From Mayamaea pseudoterrestris (taxonomy: Eukaryota): a stretch of 64,000 nt of DNA. The stretch covers positions 868,001 through 932,000 of the forward strand of contig BROI01000006.1 of NCBI GenBank assembly GCA_027923505.1. The letters run 5' to 3'. The notes beneath the pieces were generated by a model, which ran no database searches, was not told where the DNA came from, and saw only the letters and a program-made list of their open reading frames with translations. The translations under genes were made by a program, and so were the position numbers. Below, piece after piece: positions 34,194 through 45,938 of the stretch (the first letter of the stretch is position 1; each line of letters opens with the position of its first letter).

Positions 34194-35956
34194 ATGGCGT
34201 CCTTTCCGGTCCCGACCGTCACAGCCCACCAGGGTTCCTGGGGCCCTCCTTCACTAGAAAACGGAAACAATAATCTAACCGGTTTACCAGGAAACATTGA
34301 AAAGTTTGCTACTCTTCCGTACAGTCCATTTGGAAGATCCGATCGTCTCGGCCGCGTCGCCGACTTCACCGGCGGCCACAACGCCGGCGACAATTACTTT
34401 GGCCGCCGCGCCGACAAGCTACAAAAGGGCCGCCGCGAGTTCAAGCAGCGTCAGGAGGAGGAGGAGCATGCCATTGACAGTTTCCAGCTGGTGGACACGA
34501 CCAAGGCAGCCACGTCGAAGCGATTCGTCAATTTGGCTAGCAAGCGCAAGCAGCAAAGTACGCGCTTGCGGCAAATCAACGCGCGACGAGCCCAAGCGGC
34601 GGGAGGAAGTGCCGGCACTGGAGGACAGCAGCTGGATCGCATGACGCGTCCAACGACTGGAGGTCGCTTTGGTGGTGGCGGACCTGGTGGAAGAGGAGGC
34701 GGACGCGGATATGGCGGAGGTCGGGGTGGACGCGGCACCTGGCAGAATCGACCGGATCGGCAACCGTCTGTTGCAGTGCAAGGGACATGGAAGGCTGTGG
34801 AAGATATTGATTTGGCGAAACTTAGCAAGAACTTGGTTGCTCCGACGACGGTTCCTCCTCCGTCTGACATTTTGTGGTGCGGATTCTTGGACGAGTACAA
34901 TGACAATTATGACAAGGTTACCTCTCGGGTTCCCGTGGCGCTCAAACGCATGGAAAACAAGGAATTTTACCCAGTCACCACGACGGATGATCCAGTCCTT
35001 GAAAAACTTGCGATTGACGGAGCCGGACAAGTGTTTGTGACGGATGCGAGTACGTACAATACGACGCTTTTGCGAGAGCTCTCATTTTGTCACGCTTGCT
35101 GACGCTCTTTACCTTTATTCTCTTTTGTTCAGTCTTGGCGCATCTCATGACTTGCACTCGATCAGTCTATCCTTGGGACATTGTCGTTCAAAAGCTTCCC
35201 AATGGAACATTGTTTTTCGACAAGCGCGACAATAGCCAGCTTGACTATTTGACCGTTCAAGAAACCTCCTATACGCCTCCAACCGATGAGGAAGGCATCA
35301 ACACGGTGGAGCGTCTTGGTTTGGAAGCGACGATTATCAACCAAAACTTTTCGCAGCAAATTTTGAAAAAGGGTTCTCGCAAGGAAATGGACTTGCCGAA
35401 TCCGTTTTTTGACGAGGATGACGCCGACGGCATGGAACCGGCGAGCGTTGCCTACCGCTACCGCAAGTTTGCATTGGACGAATCCACGACTGTCATTTGC
35501 CGCACGGAGATTCACGGCTTGGTCAAGAAGGATCAATACATGACGGCCTTTGCCTTGAACGAGTTTGCCCCCACGACGAGCAATTGGCGTGACAAGATTG
35601 ACCAGCAGCGCGGCGCCGTCTTGGCGACGGAACTCAAGAATAATTCCTTCAAGCTGGCAAAGTGGACGGCGCAGTCGCTCCTGGCGGGTGTGGAGCAAAT
35701 GAAGATTGGTTTCGTCAGTCGCACGCACCCCAAGAATAACTACGAGCACGTTGTCTTGGCGACTCAGTTTTATCGCCCCAAAGATTTTGCGACGCAAATC
35801 ACGCTCAATGAAGGATCCATGTGGGCTATGTTTCGCATGTTTGTAAACTTGTTTCAGAAGCAAGAGCCAGGCAAGTATGTGCTCATGCGCGAGCCAAACA
35901 AGGCGGTTTTGCAAATTTATGCTGTTCCGCCTGAAACGTTTGAGGATGAAGAATAA
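34194..35956 (+). CDS. EIF3D: Eukaryotic translation initiation factor 3 subunit D (intron 35050-35132)
   Basis: [37 protein letters not shown], spliced [43 protein letters not shown]. Intron GTACGT...CTGAC...CAG. Confidence 0.96.
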
Positions 35957-36022
35957 GCAAGCAGGTGGTAGCTAGCAAAATATAAAATAAAATCTTTTGG
36001 TTATAATTACTTATTATATATG

Positions 36023-37102
36023 TCATCGCTTTTTGCGACGCAAGTCTCTCAACGCACTCTTGCTTCTCGCCAAGTCGCAAGTGACCGTTGCTTGCGACTG
36101 TTCGTAACAAAGCTTGATGAGTTCCTCATTCGCGGTACTTGTTCCACCCCAGCAGTACCACATGCTGATGAACGGCGCCGACTTTTTGTGCGTGTCGCTC
36201 CGTTTGGCAGCTCGAAAGTCTTTGGGAGGCGCATACACGTAACGCTTGCGCGGCACCAAGTAGAATGGTTTAACATTTGCGGCTGCACACGAGGCTTCGT
36301 AGTAATCCTTTTTGACTACCCAATTGGGAAGAAGTAGAAAGAATGCTTTGTTGCAATGCTTGACGCTCGTCACGTAAGCAAGTAGTTGTTGTATGTGATC
36401 GCCCGAATAGGGAGGATTTGTCACGATGACGTCCCCAATGCTTGACGCCGACGCATTCCATTGCTCATAGCAATCCTCCTTGCGATTGTAAACATGATCA
36501 AAGCCAATCTCCTTTAAATGCTGACAAACAGCTCCATTGCAGTAATATGGATCGTAGATTGTAAACTCCGATACATTCTTTGAGTTTCGTTCCAGTCGTT
36601 TCAACAGTAGCGCAACGTCCTGATAGGCTTCCAGTGGCGACTCGCAGTGATCATCCTCCTCGGTGGCATATGGAAAATCGACAGCTGCATATAGCATAAA
36701 GGTTGTTAGTTTATTATGATAAGATGTCCGAGGAACTATTGAGAACATTTCCGATGGATGCATTATACATTCAAATGTCACACCCGTCTCTCGATGCCAA
36801 GTTACACTGCAATTTTTGCAGATACATTGGACTAGTCTAGCACGATTATTGACCAAAATCTTGTCCACAATGAAAGGACCAAGTCGGCTTCGATACATGC
36901 AAATAGTAGCAGCAGCATGCTTTCACGTACCTTTTGGCGTTGGCTCGATTGTTGCGACGATCCGCTGTCGCTTGACTGCCGATGCAGTAGTAGCATTTCC
37001 TTCTGCTGCTCCGACTTCCACCTTTTCCGCGCTACTCGAGGCGTTATCAAGAGACTTTATCCTGTTGCGTTTTCGCTTCTTGGAGCTACTAGACTTGCTC
37101 AT
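36023..37102 (-). CDS. Putative SAM-dependent amino (N6-adenine-type) methyltransferase-like protein (intron 36685-36930)
   Basis: IYDPYYCNG (motif I-like) and IVTNPPYS (motif IV). Exon 1 begins MSKSSSSKKRKRNR (NLS-like). Intron GTACGT...CTAAC...CAG is in frame. Confidence 0.8.
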
Positions 37103-37626
37103 TCCATTGCCTTGCTCAAGACGAAACAAGGTCGCGACATCAAAGTGCAGCTCATCGTTTCGATGGCCGCGCTTCATTGACTATGCGACATTAAGCATTC
37201 TCGCCAGCCAAACTGTTGTATGAAACAAACTGTACAAGGGGCACCAGTCGTTGTATCTGTCATTGCTTCCAAAAACTATCACTGGAACTTGTTGCTGCAT
37301 GATTACGACCAAGAAGACGCCTTCTTGTTGAAGTCAAGCATGGAATGCTTGATGATTGTTCCGAGGCATAAACAAACGTGACCCCAGTCACACCACGTCG
37401 ACGCTGTGATCGGAAAAGGCTGACGTTTGCTGTCCCAAACTCGAGGCAACAACTTGAAGAGGCAAAAGTGCGCACTATTCATCGCGCCTCGAAAGAGGCC
37501 CAACGCGAATGTTCGCTTGGGCAAACGCTTTCGTCGCTGCGGAAGACCAGAAAACACAATTATATCGCGTGCCATTTTCACTGTAAAGAGAAGCTGCGGG
37601 ACAAACACTGGTTGTAGGTAACAGGC

Positions 37627-39705
37627 ATGGTTGAGGAGGACAGCGGCATGCAAAGGCAGCAGGCTCGTTTCACAAAGCATGAGCAAAAATCTGCCGTTGC
37701 AGCTGCGAAGGAACATCCGATTTTGCATGTGAACGAAGCAAGCAACAGTAATGAACCACCAGTGACGGAGACAATGCCACCTTCCACAATCTACACTCAA
37801 GTCTTGCTACTTTCGGATGCGCAAATGAGCACCTTGACGCCTCGACGCAGCAGCGACAAAGCAAAGGCGACCATTCCAAGCTCGGCGCCTCATCGATTGG
37901 AGCAGTCATTCGAGGGACGCGGTAGTCTTTGGAACGAGCAAATGCACATGAAACTTCCCTTGACATGTTCACCGACTCCTCGGAAAAAGCATGCCAATCT
38001 ACAAGGTTACATGTTCGATGCTGCTGCTGCATCATCCAATCTAATCTTTCCGCCGCGATCGCCTGCTCGACAAGCGTCATGTTGCAGCTCCGTGAGCATG
38101 AGTAGCAGCTGCGACGATGATGACTGCGAAGACAAGAACTGCAACCCGCCTGGTCGGTTTCCGTCTCAAATCGCTTACACAAACAATAGTATTTCGCCTG
38201 CATCCTCTGCTCGCGTCGTGTTGAGCTTTGCGCAGGCGTCCATCCTGTCGTCGACGCAGTACTCTTCGGTCGATGCAACTACCGCCGCCGCCATTCCAGC
38301 AATGTCTCCGCTTCGTCGGGTTGCTTCTGCTCCCATGAAGGATGCAAGTCATGTCAAGAGTCGTCATCACTACTTGCAGCGCTCCATGACCTTGGACGAT
38401 AGTGACCATCAAATGCAGCAGCCGCTGCAACAACTTGTTCCAGACCGATGGAAGTGCAGCAACGAGTTTACCGTTTCAGCCCGCCGGGAGCTTCTTCACG
38501 GGAATGATGACGCCAGCGAAAACGATTGCAGCTGCGTCCATGAACGAAACGTTACGCAGCCTGCGTTACCGCTTCCACTCATGGGACGCACCAAGAGCAT
38601 GGACATGGCCGTTCCCGTCCCGCGTCGCCGGCGAAGTGTCAGCAGCTCCGACTTGGAGCTCTTTCAGCACTCGCAACATACCTGCAGCACCATGGGAGAC
38701 TGGAGCAGCAGTCGTTTACTCTGCCACGACGAAGTACATTGCTATGAAAGTGGCAGCAACAGTTTCCGACCGCGAAGCGCAAGTCTGGATGAGCCGGCGC
38801 ATGTACCGACCCGGCGGACAAGTATTCGTGCCAATGCTAGCAGTGTTGACCTATACCAAGCTTATAATGATATGAGTGAGCAGTGTAATGTTCCCAGGAG
38901 CTCAGTGCACTCGACGTCTCTGCAAAACACGCATAGTAGCAGCATGCCGATCTTACCACGACGCATCTTGTCGAGCACAGATCTCGCGTCGGATGCATAT
39001 GACGAGCAGCCGCACGCCTCTGGCATGTTTCTGGATGACTATGAGCATTTGAATGAGACGATGGACGATACGCGAGTGACCAAGTCATCAATAGACGATA
39101 AAGTGCAAGCCGTCAAGGTTGTCAACCGCGACGCTGCCGCTGCTTCGTCCTACACTGCCAAGCGCAAATCAATGGGCTCCAAAGTCTCAACAAAGACGGA
39201 AGCTATAGAAAGCTCCGAGGACTCGACTTCAGGCTGGAGCGACAATTGGTCACCGTCGCCTACACGCAACGTTTCAGGTCGATTCGTGGACTTGCACAAG
39301 GCGGCGAGCGTTCCCTGCTTGACATGTCCACAAAAGCCGCATCATCATGGCATGATTCCATCCGCCGTGCGGCGATTGGTCCGTCGCACTCGCTCAGCGA
39401 GTCCGACGAGTCAAGTGCATCCTGGATTCGGCCGACTCATGCAGGTAGTGGCAAACGTTGTACGAAAGGAGCACCACCAACATCGCAAGAGTTATTCCAA
39501 GGACAACGAGTTCCTTTCCTCCACCGAGTTTTTGGAGCCGTCGTCCTTGTACATGGATCAGCCGCAGCACGGACCAACCCGCTTGGTAGTGGTGCAAGAT
39601 GGGAGCGCCGTCACTCACGTTGCTGACATGAAGAAGCGGCGGTCTTCCTCCTCCTCTGGCAGCCAGCCGAGCATGTTCCGAACAAAGCTCTTTGGAAGGT
39701 CATAA
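37627..39705 (+). CDS. Hypothetical disordered Ser-rich protein
   Basis: 692-aa ORF with repeated PxRRxxS motifs. The true start is uncertain; 37378-37617 may be an upstream exon. Confidence 0.7.
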   Translation: MVEEDSGMQRQQARFTKHEQKSAVAAAKEHPILHVNEASNSNEPPVTETMPPSTIYTQVLLLSDAQMSTLTPRRSSDKAKATIPSSAPHRLEQSFEGRGSLWNEQMHMKLPLTCSPTPRKKHANLQGYMFDAAAASSNLIFPPRSPARQASCCSSVSMSSSCDDDDCEDKNCNPPGRFPSQIAYTNNSISPASSARVVLSFAQASILSSTQYSSVDATTAAAIPAMSPLRRVASAPMKDASHVKSRHHYLQRSMTLDDSDHQMQQPLQQLVPDRWKCSNEFTVSARRELLHGNDDASENDCSCVHERNVTQPALPLPLMGRTKSMDMAVPVPRRRRSVSSSDLELFQHSQHTCSTMGDWSSSRLLCHDEVHCYESGSNSFRPRSASLDEPAHVPTRRTSIRANASSVDLYQAYNDMSEQCNVPRSSVHSTSLQNTHSSSMPILPRRILSSTDLASDAYDEQPHASGMFLDDYEHLNETMDDTRVTKSSIDDKVQAVKVVNRDAAAASSYTAKRKSMGSKVSTKTEAIESSEDSTSGWSDNWSPSPTRNVSGRFVDLHKAASVPCLTCPQKPHHHGMIPSAVRRLVRRTRSASPTSQVHPGFGRLMQVVANVVRKEHHQHRKSYSKDNEFLSSTEFLEPSSLYMDQPQHGPTRLVVVQDGSAVTHVADMKKRRSSSSSGSQPSMFRTKLFGRS

Positions 39706-39862
39706 GTATGTAAGCTAAGTTAAAACATAAATCATATCCGTAGCATACAATAGAAAAAGCCATTCACAATCGTTCTTTTATTCATTAACTTGGCTATTCC
39801 ACGCGGTGATTAACATTTCCAAGTGCTCCTTCTATCGCACATGAGAATGTCCGTTGTGAAAG

Positions 39863-41640
39863 CTACGATGGTGTGATCTTCAATCCGGCCTTTTTTAACA
39901 TCTCAAGCTGGTCATTCGTTATACCAATAGCTTCAATGGTCCTGATGGCTTCCCCGGCTTTATCCGTTAATTCTTGGTCCAATGGCAGGTTCCCGGCAGG
40001 GTATACTCGGTTTCTCCTCCCGCAGTTGCAGCCGCCTTCTTCCACAATTTCCCAGCAACCTTAAAGGGCGATTTGGTCACATTCATGAATCTTTTCGAGA
40101 CGCTGGTGTTCATATGAACAACTTCTGGGCGCGATGTTGTCGGCGATTCATCTTTGAGTGCCAGCAAAGCGATCTCAAATTGCGCCGGCTGTCCGTCGGT
40201 CTCTATATCGTCCGACTCATTGTCGGACACGTTTTCATCTGGCAATGGCAAGCTGCCTTTGCCCGCACTCAAGAAGATTTGTCGTACATTTTGCTTCCCG
40301 AGCTGACGCATGTCGCTTGCCCTTACTCGATGACGCATTTTGGCGCGGGGATTGCCATGAAGGTTATCTGTATTCGTTGTGCTGTTGCTCCGACTGTGCA
40401 TTGTAGTATTTGTACAGCGCGGACTAGTTGCAAATTCAAGTTCAGCGCCTTGCTCTGAATCAGTCAGATCGTCCGCAGTTCCGACGGTACCCATGTGAGA
40501 TGACTTGGACTCGTGATTGATTTCTTCGTCCTTTGTTGGGCTTGTAGGTAGCAAGTCGGCACATCCAGATGGCGCTCGCAAAGGCGCTTGACGTTCTGGT
40601 GATTTGTCTTGCATCTTTGATGGCTGCTGAATGGCATCTTTGCGTGGTCGGGTGCTACTTTGTCGATGACGCCGCGACGACTGTCGCAGGTGCGTCGATT
40701 GCTCGTGATTCTGCTGGCCTCCTTCTCCGTCGACCACACGGCGGACAACGTTTTTTCTCCGCCCTTGGACGTCGACAAGTGGAGCTTTGCGAGTGAGGGC
40801 GACAAGCTCGCCGTCAGGACCAATCTCGAGTTGCCGGGTACTTGTCAATGATTTTTTTGGCGATCTAAGCTGGGGAGAATATCCCGTTTTCGTGACTACC
40901 ATAGCCGATGGTCCCTGAGAAGATTTGTTACCGGAACGCCTTGAATGTGCCGTTGATTCGCTCGCAGAATGTTGACGGTGATGTGTTGCCTGTCCAGTTT
41001 TCTCCTTGACTGCTCTCATATCACGGACGCTGTGTGCTCGCCTATTTCGCCTGTCGCTTTCCCTCGTCCCTGGTTCGCTTACTAGATTGCGACTTGAATG
41101 ACTTTTGCAATTCAAACTAAGTATCTTGTCGCTGGTAAAGAGTGGCTGTTTGGGAGTTTCGATTAGTAGTAGATCGTTTCCCAAAGAGACTTGCGATTTG
41201 GGCGCGCGATTCAGCTTCTTTACATCAATAGTTCCAGTCGATGAGTAGTTCTTTACTGCAGCATCAATATCGATGCTCTTTAGCATCAAAATGCTGCTGT
41301 CCAACGACTGTGAACTGGTATCCAAAATACGCTGAAAATCGTCAGTTAGCGCCAGATCTAAACTCGCTTTCGTCGGCCGACTATGAGCGCCTTGTTGATG
41401 ATGTGTCTCGGTCTTTAACGTGGACTTTGGCCTCACTCGTTGAGGCGACGAGGGATCAACTTTTGCAGTTACTGCAGTCCATATGATGTCCAGGGGTTCG
41501 TCGGCAGCTTGAAGGGATAGGGTGCTGTCCTTCTCAGCTCCTTTCTGAATTCGCTTTAACGATGAGCGACGCCGACCGCCCAACCTGCCTCCGTGTTTCT
41601 TGCTTGTAGGGCTGTCAGCCTCGCTCATCGCTGGATTCAT
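39863..41640 (-). CDS. Hypothetical disordered protein with the C-terminal motif (family member 3); frameshift near 40045-39970
   Basis: 557-aa ORF overlapped by a second frame ending EAIRTIEAIGITNDQLEMLKKAGLKITPS*. Confidence 0.7.
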
Positions 41641-42373
41641 CAGGCTAACTTTCTGGTGCTTCCAGGAGATTGCTACTATTTACGGCTTGCCTTTGCTTGC
41701 TCAGCTAACAGCTAAAGGCAAGGAAACGAGAAATGAGGCTCTGACAAATTAATGCACGTCAAGCCTCCAGTCTCAGCTTTCTCTTACTTCTGCTAGCGGA
41801 AAGAATCAAGAGCAGCTGCAATGGCTGCTTGAACGGATACTTTGATTGGCAAGTAAGTTGTCGTGCTGTGCACTTTTGGCTCCTTTGGCTCGCCGCGCGT
41901 GGTGGATCTCGAAGTAAGGTGCTTGGAATTACGAGACCTTCAATTGTCGAAGCGCAGCCCTCTTGATGTTCATTTACAATAACGAAGCTCTTACTTGTTA
42001 ATTGTCTGGTTCGCCAAATGTTATAGTAACCGTCGTCGGAAATGTTTTGATCCCAGAGCTGTGCTCATTGCCGCAGATTCTGGTCTCGCCGCATTTTGTC
42101 CGATACATTCGTGCCAATTTCGCAATGCGGTCATTGAAGTAATCTTTTAGGGCAATAGTAAAGTTTGGTCGTGTGGGCGTCAGCCGTTGCATCAATCAGT
42201 TTTCAAGATGCACGACATCATCGAACCTGCAAGGCGTCACATTACGTAGCTATCTCTACAATGCAAAATAAAATCCGTTTGCATCATACTGTACACCAAG
42301 AAATGATCCAGACAAATTTTTAAGCATTTAAATTAGGCTGACAATCATATTCTTTATATTTTGTTAATTCTAT

Positions 42374-43666
42374 TTACTTCCTTTGAATCGTTACACCCAA
42401 TCGTTCCAGCTTGTCCACCTGTGCCTTGGTGCACGCTATTCCAACGCGTTGCATAATCTCAAAAAGGGATGCTTCCGGCATGGACGAGTCTATGGTATGG
42501 ACCGAACGCGTATCAGATGCAACTGATTGATTACTGCGACACTCAAACGCTCCAATGGACGCTCGTCGTCGCTGCTGCGTTCTACGCTCCGTCACCACTG
42601 GTGCAATGTCATCGAAATGCTCCTCGTTCCATACAATTGGAGATCCAAATTCGGATTCAGTCTCTTGTGCAGGTCCATGAACACTAGCGCTAAGACTGTG
42701 CCGTCGCATGCGACGCTGAAAGGGGCCTTCCTGATGCTTCTCCTGCACCACTGATCTCGCGACTGGCTGGTCATATTCGTACTGATACAAGGCAGGTGCG
42801 CGCCCAATGCTTGTACGTCGAACGTTTGGCCGGATTTGGTTCGCTTTTAGGGTGCTGCGATCAGTGTTGCGCTTGCAGGAGCGGGACCGACGTCGCCGGT
42901 AACTGCCCTGGCGGCCAAAAGAGGGTCGTTGCGGTTGCTGTTGTAGCGGCGATACTGACGTATGATCCGACGATTGGGTGCTGTGAAAGGATGCTTCCGA
43001 AAGATCTTGGTTGCTCGACTTTACCGTGGATCGGTGCTTGGATCGCGATCGTCGCTGTTGTTCCAGTGCTTTGTGTTCGGACGATTTCAATAAACGCGAC
43101 CCTCGTCTTCCTTCGCTTGGCTTGGGAGGTGATTTCGAAGGTCTCGTGTTCTTTCGAGTAGAGTGCGATGATGTCGTAGGTAATGGGCTAACGTCTCGAT
43201 GACTGCTAAATGACTTTTTGACCCCCTCTGCAACTTGTTCCTTTGGCCGACTGCTTTTTCGACTGTGATGTTCTGACTTTGACAAACCTGAATTACTACC
43301 AGAGCTTGCTCGCAACGTCTTGTCATCCGACAGCTTTGGCGAAACGGATGTCGAAGATCCAGAGTAGGAAGACCGACGTGACATGCAGCTGCCATTCGGT
43401 TTCTTTGTTGTGTCAACGTGGCTAGAGAGTCGCTTCCCCTTGTCACGATCGCTTGATCGTTCAGAAGAAGTCTTGTTCGAGGATTGAGACTTGGAACCCA
43501 TTCGCTTTTCACCGTCACATGAGTCATTCGAGCTGCTATTTGCCGTCGCCGTTGTATTTGCCGACTCGGATGCCGATTCATGTTCGCTCCCCTTGTCCAA
43601 CGGACTGAGGTGCGGAAGGGTTGCTGGACGCTGCTTGATAAGCGGAGTGCTTTGAACTCTATGCAT
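42374..43666 (-). CDS. Hypothetical Ser/Arg-rich protein with the C-terminal motif (family member 4)
   Basis: 430-aa ORF ending SLFEIMQRVGIACTKAQVDKLERLGVTIQRK. Confidence 0.75.
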   Translation of the reverse strand: MHRVQSTPLIKQRPATLPHLSPLDKGSEHESASESANTTATANSSSNDSCDGEKRMGSKSQSSNKTSSERSSDRDKGKRLSSHVDTTKKPNGSCMSRRSSYSGSSTSVSPKLSDDKTLRASSGSNSGLSKSEHHSRKSSRPKEQVAEGVKKSFSSHRDVSPLPTTSSHSTRKNTRPSKSPPKPSEGRRGSRLLKSSEHKALEQQRRSRSKHRSTVKSSNQDLSEASFHSTQSSDHTSVSPLQQQPQRPSFGRQGSYRRRRSRSCKRNTDRSTLKANQIRPNVRRTSIGRAPALYQYEYDQPVARSVVQEKHQEGPFQRRMRRHSLSASVHGPAQETESEFGSPIVWNEEHFDDIAPVVTERRTQQRRRASIGAFECRSNQSVASDTRSVHTIDSSMPEASLFEIMQRVGIACTKAQVDKLERLGVTIQRK

Positions 43667-44171
43667 GGCGGCTGTCTTGATGTAAATGTCTTAGTATGCA
43701 GCTGGTTTTTCGTTCTTGCTCCGCGTCTCTTACGACTCGCTTTGCTTGTGGGTTGTGGCTGATTGAGCGGAGAGGGTCGCGCGGATTATTTCCGAAGAAT
43801 CGGCGAAATCGACACTTCGCGGAACCAGTGTAAATGACCTGGTTGACTGGTCAAGCTTATGACTCAGGTAGGGCAATATCGGATTACTCAGATGTTCACG
43901 AAAGCCAAAAGTTCCGTGTACATTCAAGTCAATAGTGATCTGGTCCCGGGTCAGACAGTCATTAGTGAATCTTGCTTGAAAGCGCGCGCGCGTCGCCGTC
44001 GCACCTCGGCGATGGTCTTGGAAGCTGCAGATGCTTCTGGACAAGCACCAAGCCTCTTTGTCGGCTATAATCACGCAAGCATCATTCATCTTCTCGTTGA
44101 AAAACCATTGTAAACTGCAATTGACAACAAAATACACCTGTACTTTATCATCAGGGGATCAAAATTTCGAA

Positions 44172-45938
44172 ATGAACGCCAGCGTTGAAATGCAGTTGCC
44201 TACGAACAACGAGCAGCAGCACCAGCTGTTGCGCGATGATAAAGGAAAGGCGACCATGGTTCAAGATGCAGTCGCTCCATTGCCAGACCTTCAGCAGTCG
44301 CAAACATGGGGAGAATCCGTTCGAAAACCCAATGGAAGGCGGTCATCAATAAAGACGGCGATGAAAATGGAGAATGAGGATGATACCACAGTGAGTCCTC
44401 GTACACCCTTCAAGGGACGTCGACGAGTATCTATGAACCAAGACATTGAGCTGCTTTTAAACTCGCTCGAATGGGAAGGTGAATCTAATCGCGATGCAGA
44501 AAAGGCTAATGGAGTTATTTTTAATAAAGCAAAGCCATTGGCAATAAAAACGGAGAAGAATTCACAAAGGGCCAAGCAGTCGGAGGGAGTTTCTCATAGC
44601 CATGAAGGCAACGAGACGAGAAAGAGCGATGCACGGCAGCAGCATTTTCGTAGCAAGAGCTCAGGAGCTGAGTCATTGGAGAAGAGCCATGATAGCAGCA
44701 AGTCTGGAAGCGAGTTGACAGTGTTTCCGTTGACACTGCTTCCTCATCAGCCACCCGTGCGATTGACTCTTGATGACGATGATGCAGCGAGCCGAACAAT
44801 TAGCACTGCAGCAAGCAAGGATGGCAGTGCGACTACAAAAACAGGAAGAACTACAGCGGAAGAGCTAGCTTTAAAGGCGCTGACGAGACGGCGTGGCAGT
44901 ATAATGGGAGGAACTGAGTTGCCTGCGTCGTCTTCCACACCTATCAGACATGGCCTACTGTACAAGCATCTTCACAAGGTGGAGCAAGAGATTGTTCCAT
45001 CAGCAAGTTTTGTTGTGAATACAGAAGACTCATCCACATCTGCCTCGCTTGCCCTTCGCCAACATCGTCGACAGAGTTCAACTGCAAGTCATTTGGATAC
45101 ACGGCAAAAGATCCGAGCACCAGAAACCACAAGAGTGGAACTGAGGCAGCACATTAGGAACCTGAGTCTTGGTGGCGCAAGCGGTCCAAAGCGACGTGAG
45201 AGACGGCAAGGCAGCAGCAAGTCTCGATTGCACGGCAGCAGCTCAACTTCAATAACTTACGACATGGAAGCGGACAGTCCAATGTCAGTGAAACACATTA
45301 TTTCTGAAAGAAGGCACCGGCGAGTTAAATCTGAAGCTGGTCCCCTTCACGGTGGTGTTAACAGCATGCACCATCACGCTGTTTTGCAGGCGCGGCGGAA
45401 GAGTGGCGATGCGAACGTTGCTTGCAGCAGGCGGAGCGTGCATAGCGAAGAAACAGTTAAAGCTGGCCATGGCGAGTGTATTCAAAGCGACAAGCAAGAT
45501 ATTCAAACCTCTATTCTTACACAGAAGGTTGCTTCGCAGGGTCGAACGCAAAATCAAGGTCCATCGCGTCGGTCGTTGTCTACGCCAGGCCATCGTCGAC
45601 GATCCACTGCGACAGAAATGAAAAGCACAGTAGAAGTTGCAAAGACAAGAGCAACGACTACTAAAGCCATAATGACGCTCGTTGATGAACAAATGGATGA
45701 ACCTTCGACTCGTCAATGGCAACGCGACTCGGCTCAGGAATCTGATGTTGTCGCCGACAAGAGCTTGCGCTTGGCTGAGGCGCGCCAGCGATCTCAAAGT
45801 CGTTCTGCTCGGCGCACGAGTACCCATCGACGCATTGAAAGTGAGTCTGCGATGCTTTCCCAATCGCAACGGCTAGATATGGCCCGGGGACGATCCAAAA
45901 GTGTCCGAAACATTGACGACTGTTCGCAACATGACTAG
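44172..45938 (+). CDS. Hypothetical disordered Ser/Arg-rich protein
   Basis: ~590-aa ORF from a plausible ATG at 44172. The frame is still open after the TAG, to 46175. Confidence 0.7.
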   Translation: MNASVEMQLPTNNEQQHQLLRDDKGKATMVQDAVAPLPDLQQSQTWGESVRKPNGRRSSIKTAMKMENEDDTTVSPRTPFKGRRRVSMNQDIELLLNSLEWEGESNRDAEKANGVIFNKAKPLAIKTEKNSQRAKQSEGVSHSHEGNETRKSDARQQHFRSKSSGAESLEKSHDSSKSGSELTVFPLTLLPHQPPVRLTLDDDDAASRTISTAASKDGSATTKTGRTTAEELALKALTRRRGSIMGGTELPASSSTPIRHGLLYKHLHKVEQEIVPSASFVVNTEDSSTSASLALRQHRRQSSTASHLDTRQKIRAPETTRVELRQHIRNLSLGGASGPKRRERRQGSSKSRLHGSSSTSITYDMEADSPMSVKHIISERRHRRVKSEAGPLHGGVNSMHHHAVLQARRKSGDANVACSRRSVHSEETVKAGHGECIQSDKQDIQTSILTQKVASQGRTQNQGPSRRSLSTPGHRRRSTATEMKSTVEVAKTRATTTKAIMTLVDEQMDEPSTRQWQRDSAQESDVVADKSLRLAEARQRSQSRSARRTSTHRRIESESAMLSQSQRLDMARGRSKSVRNIDDCSQHD

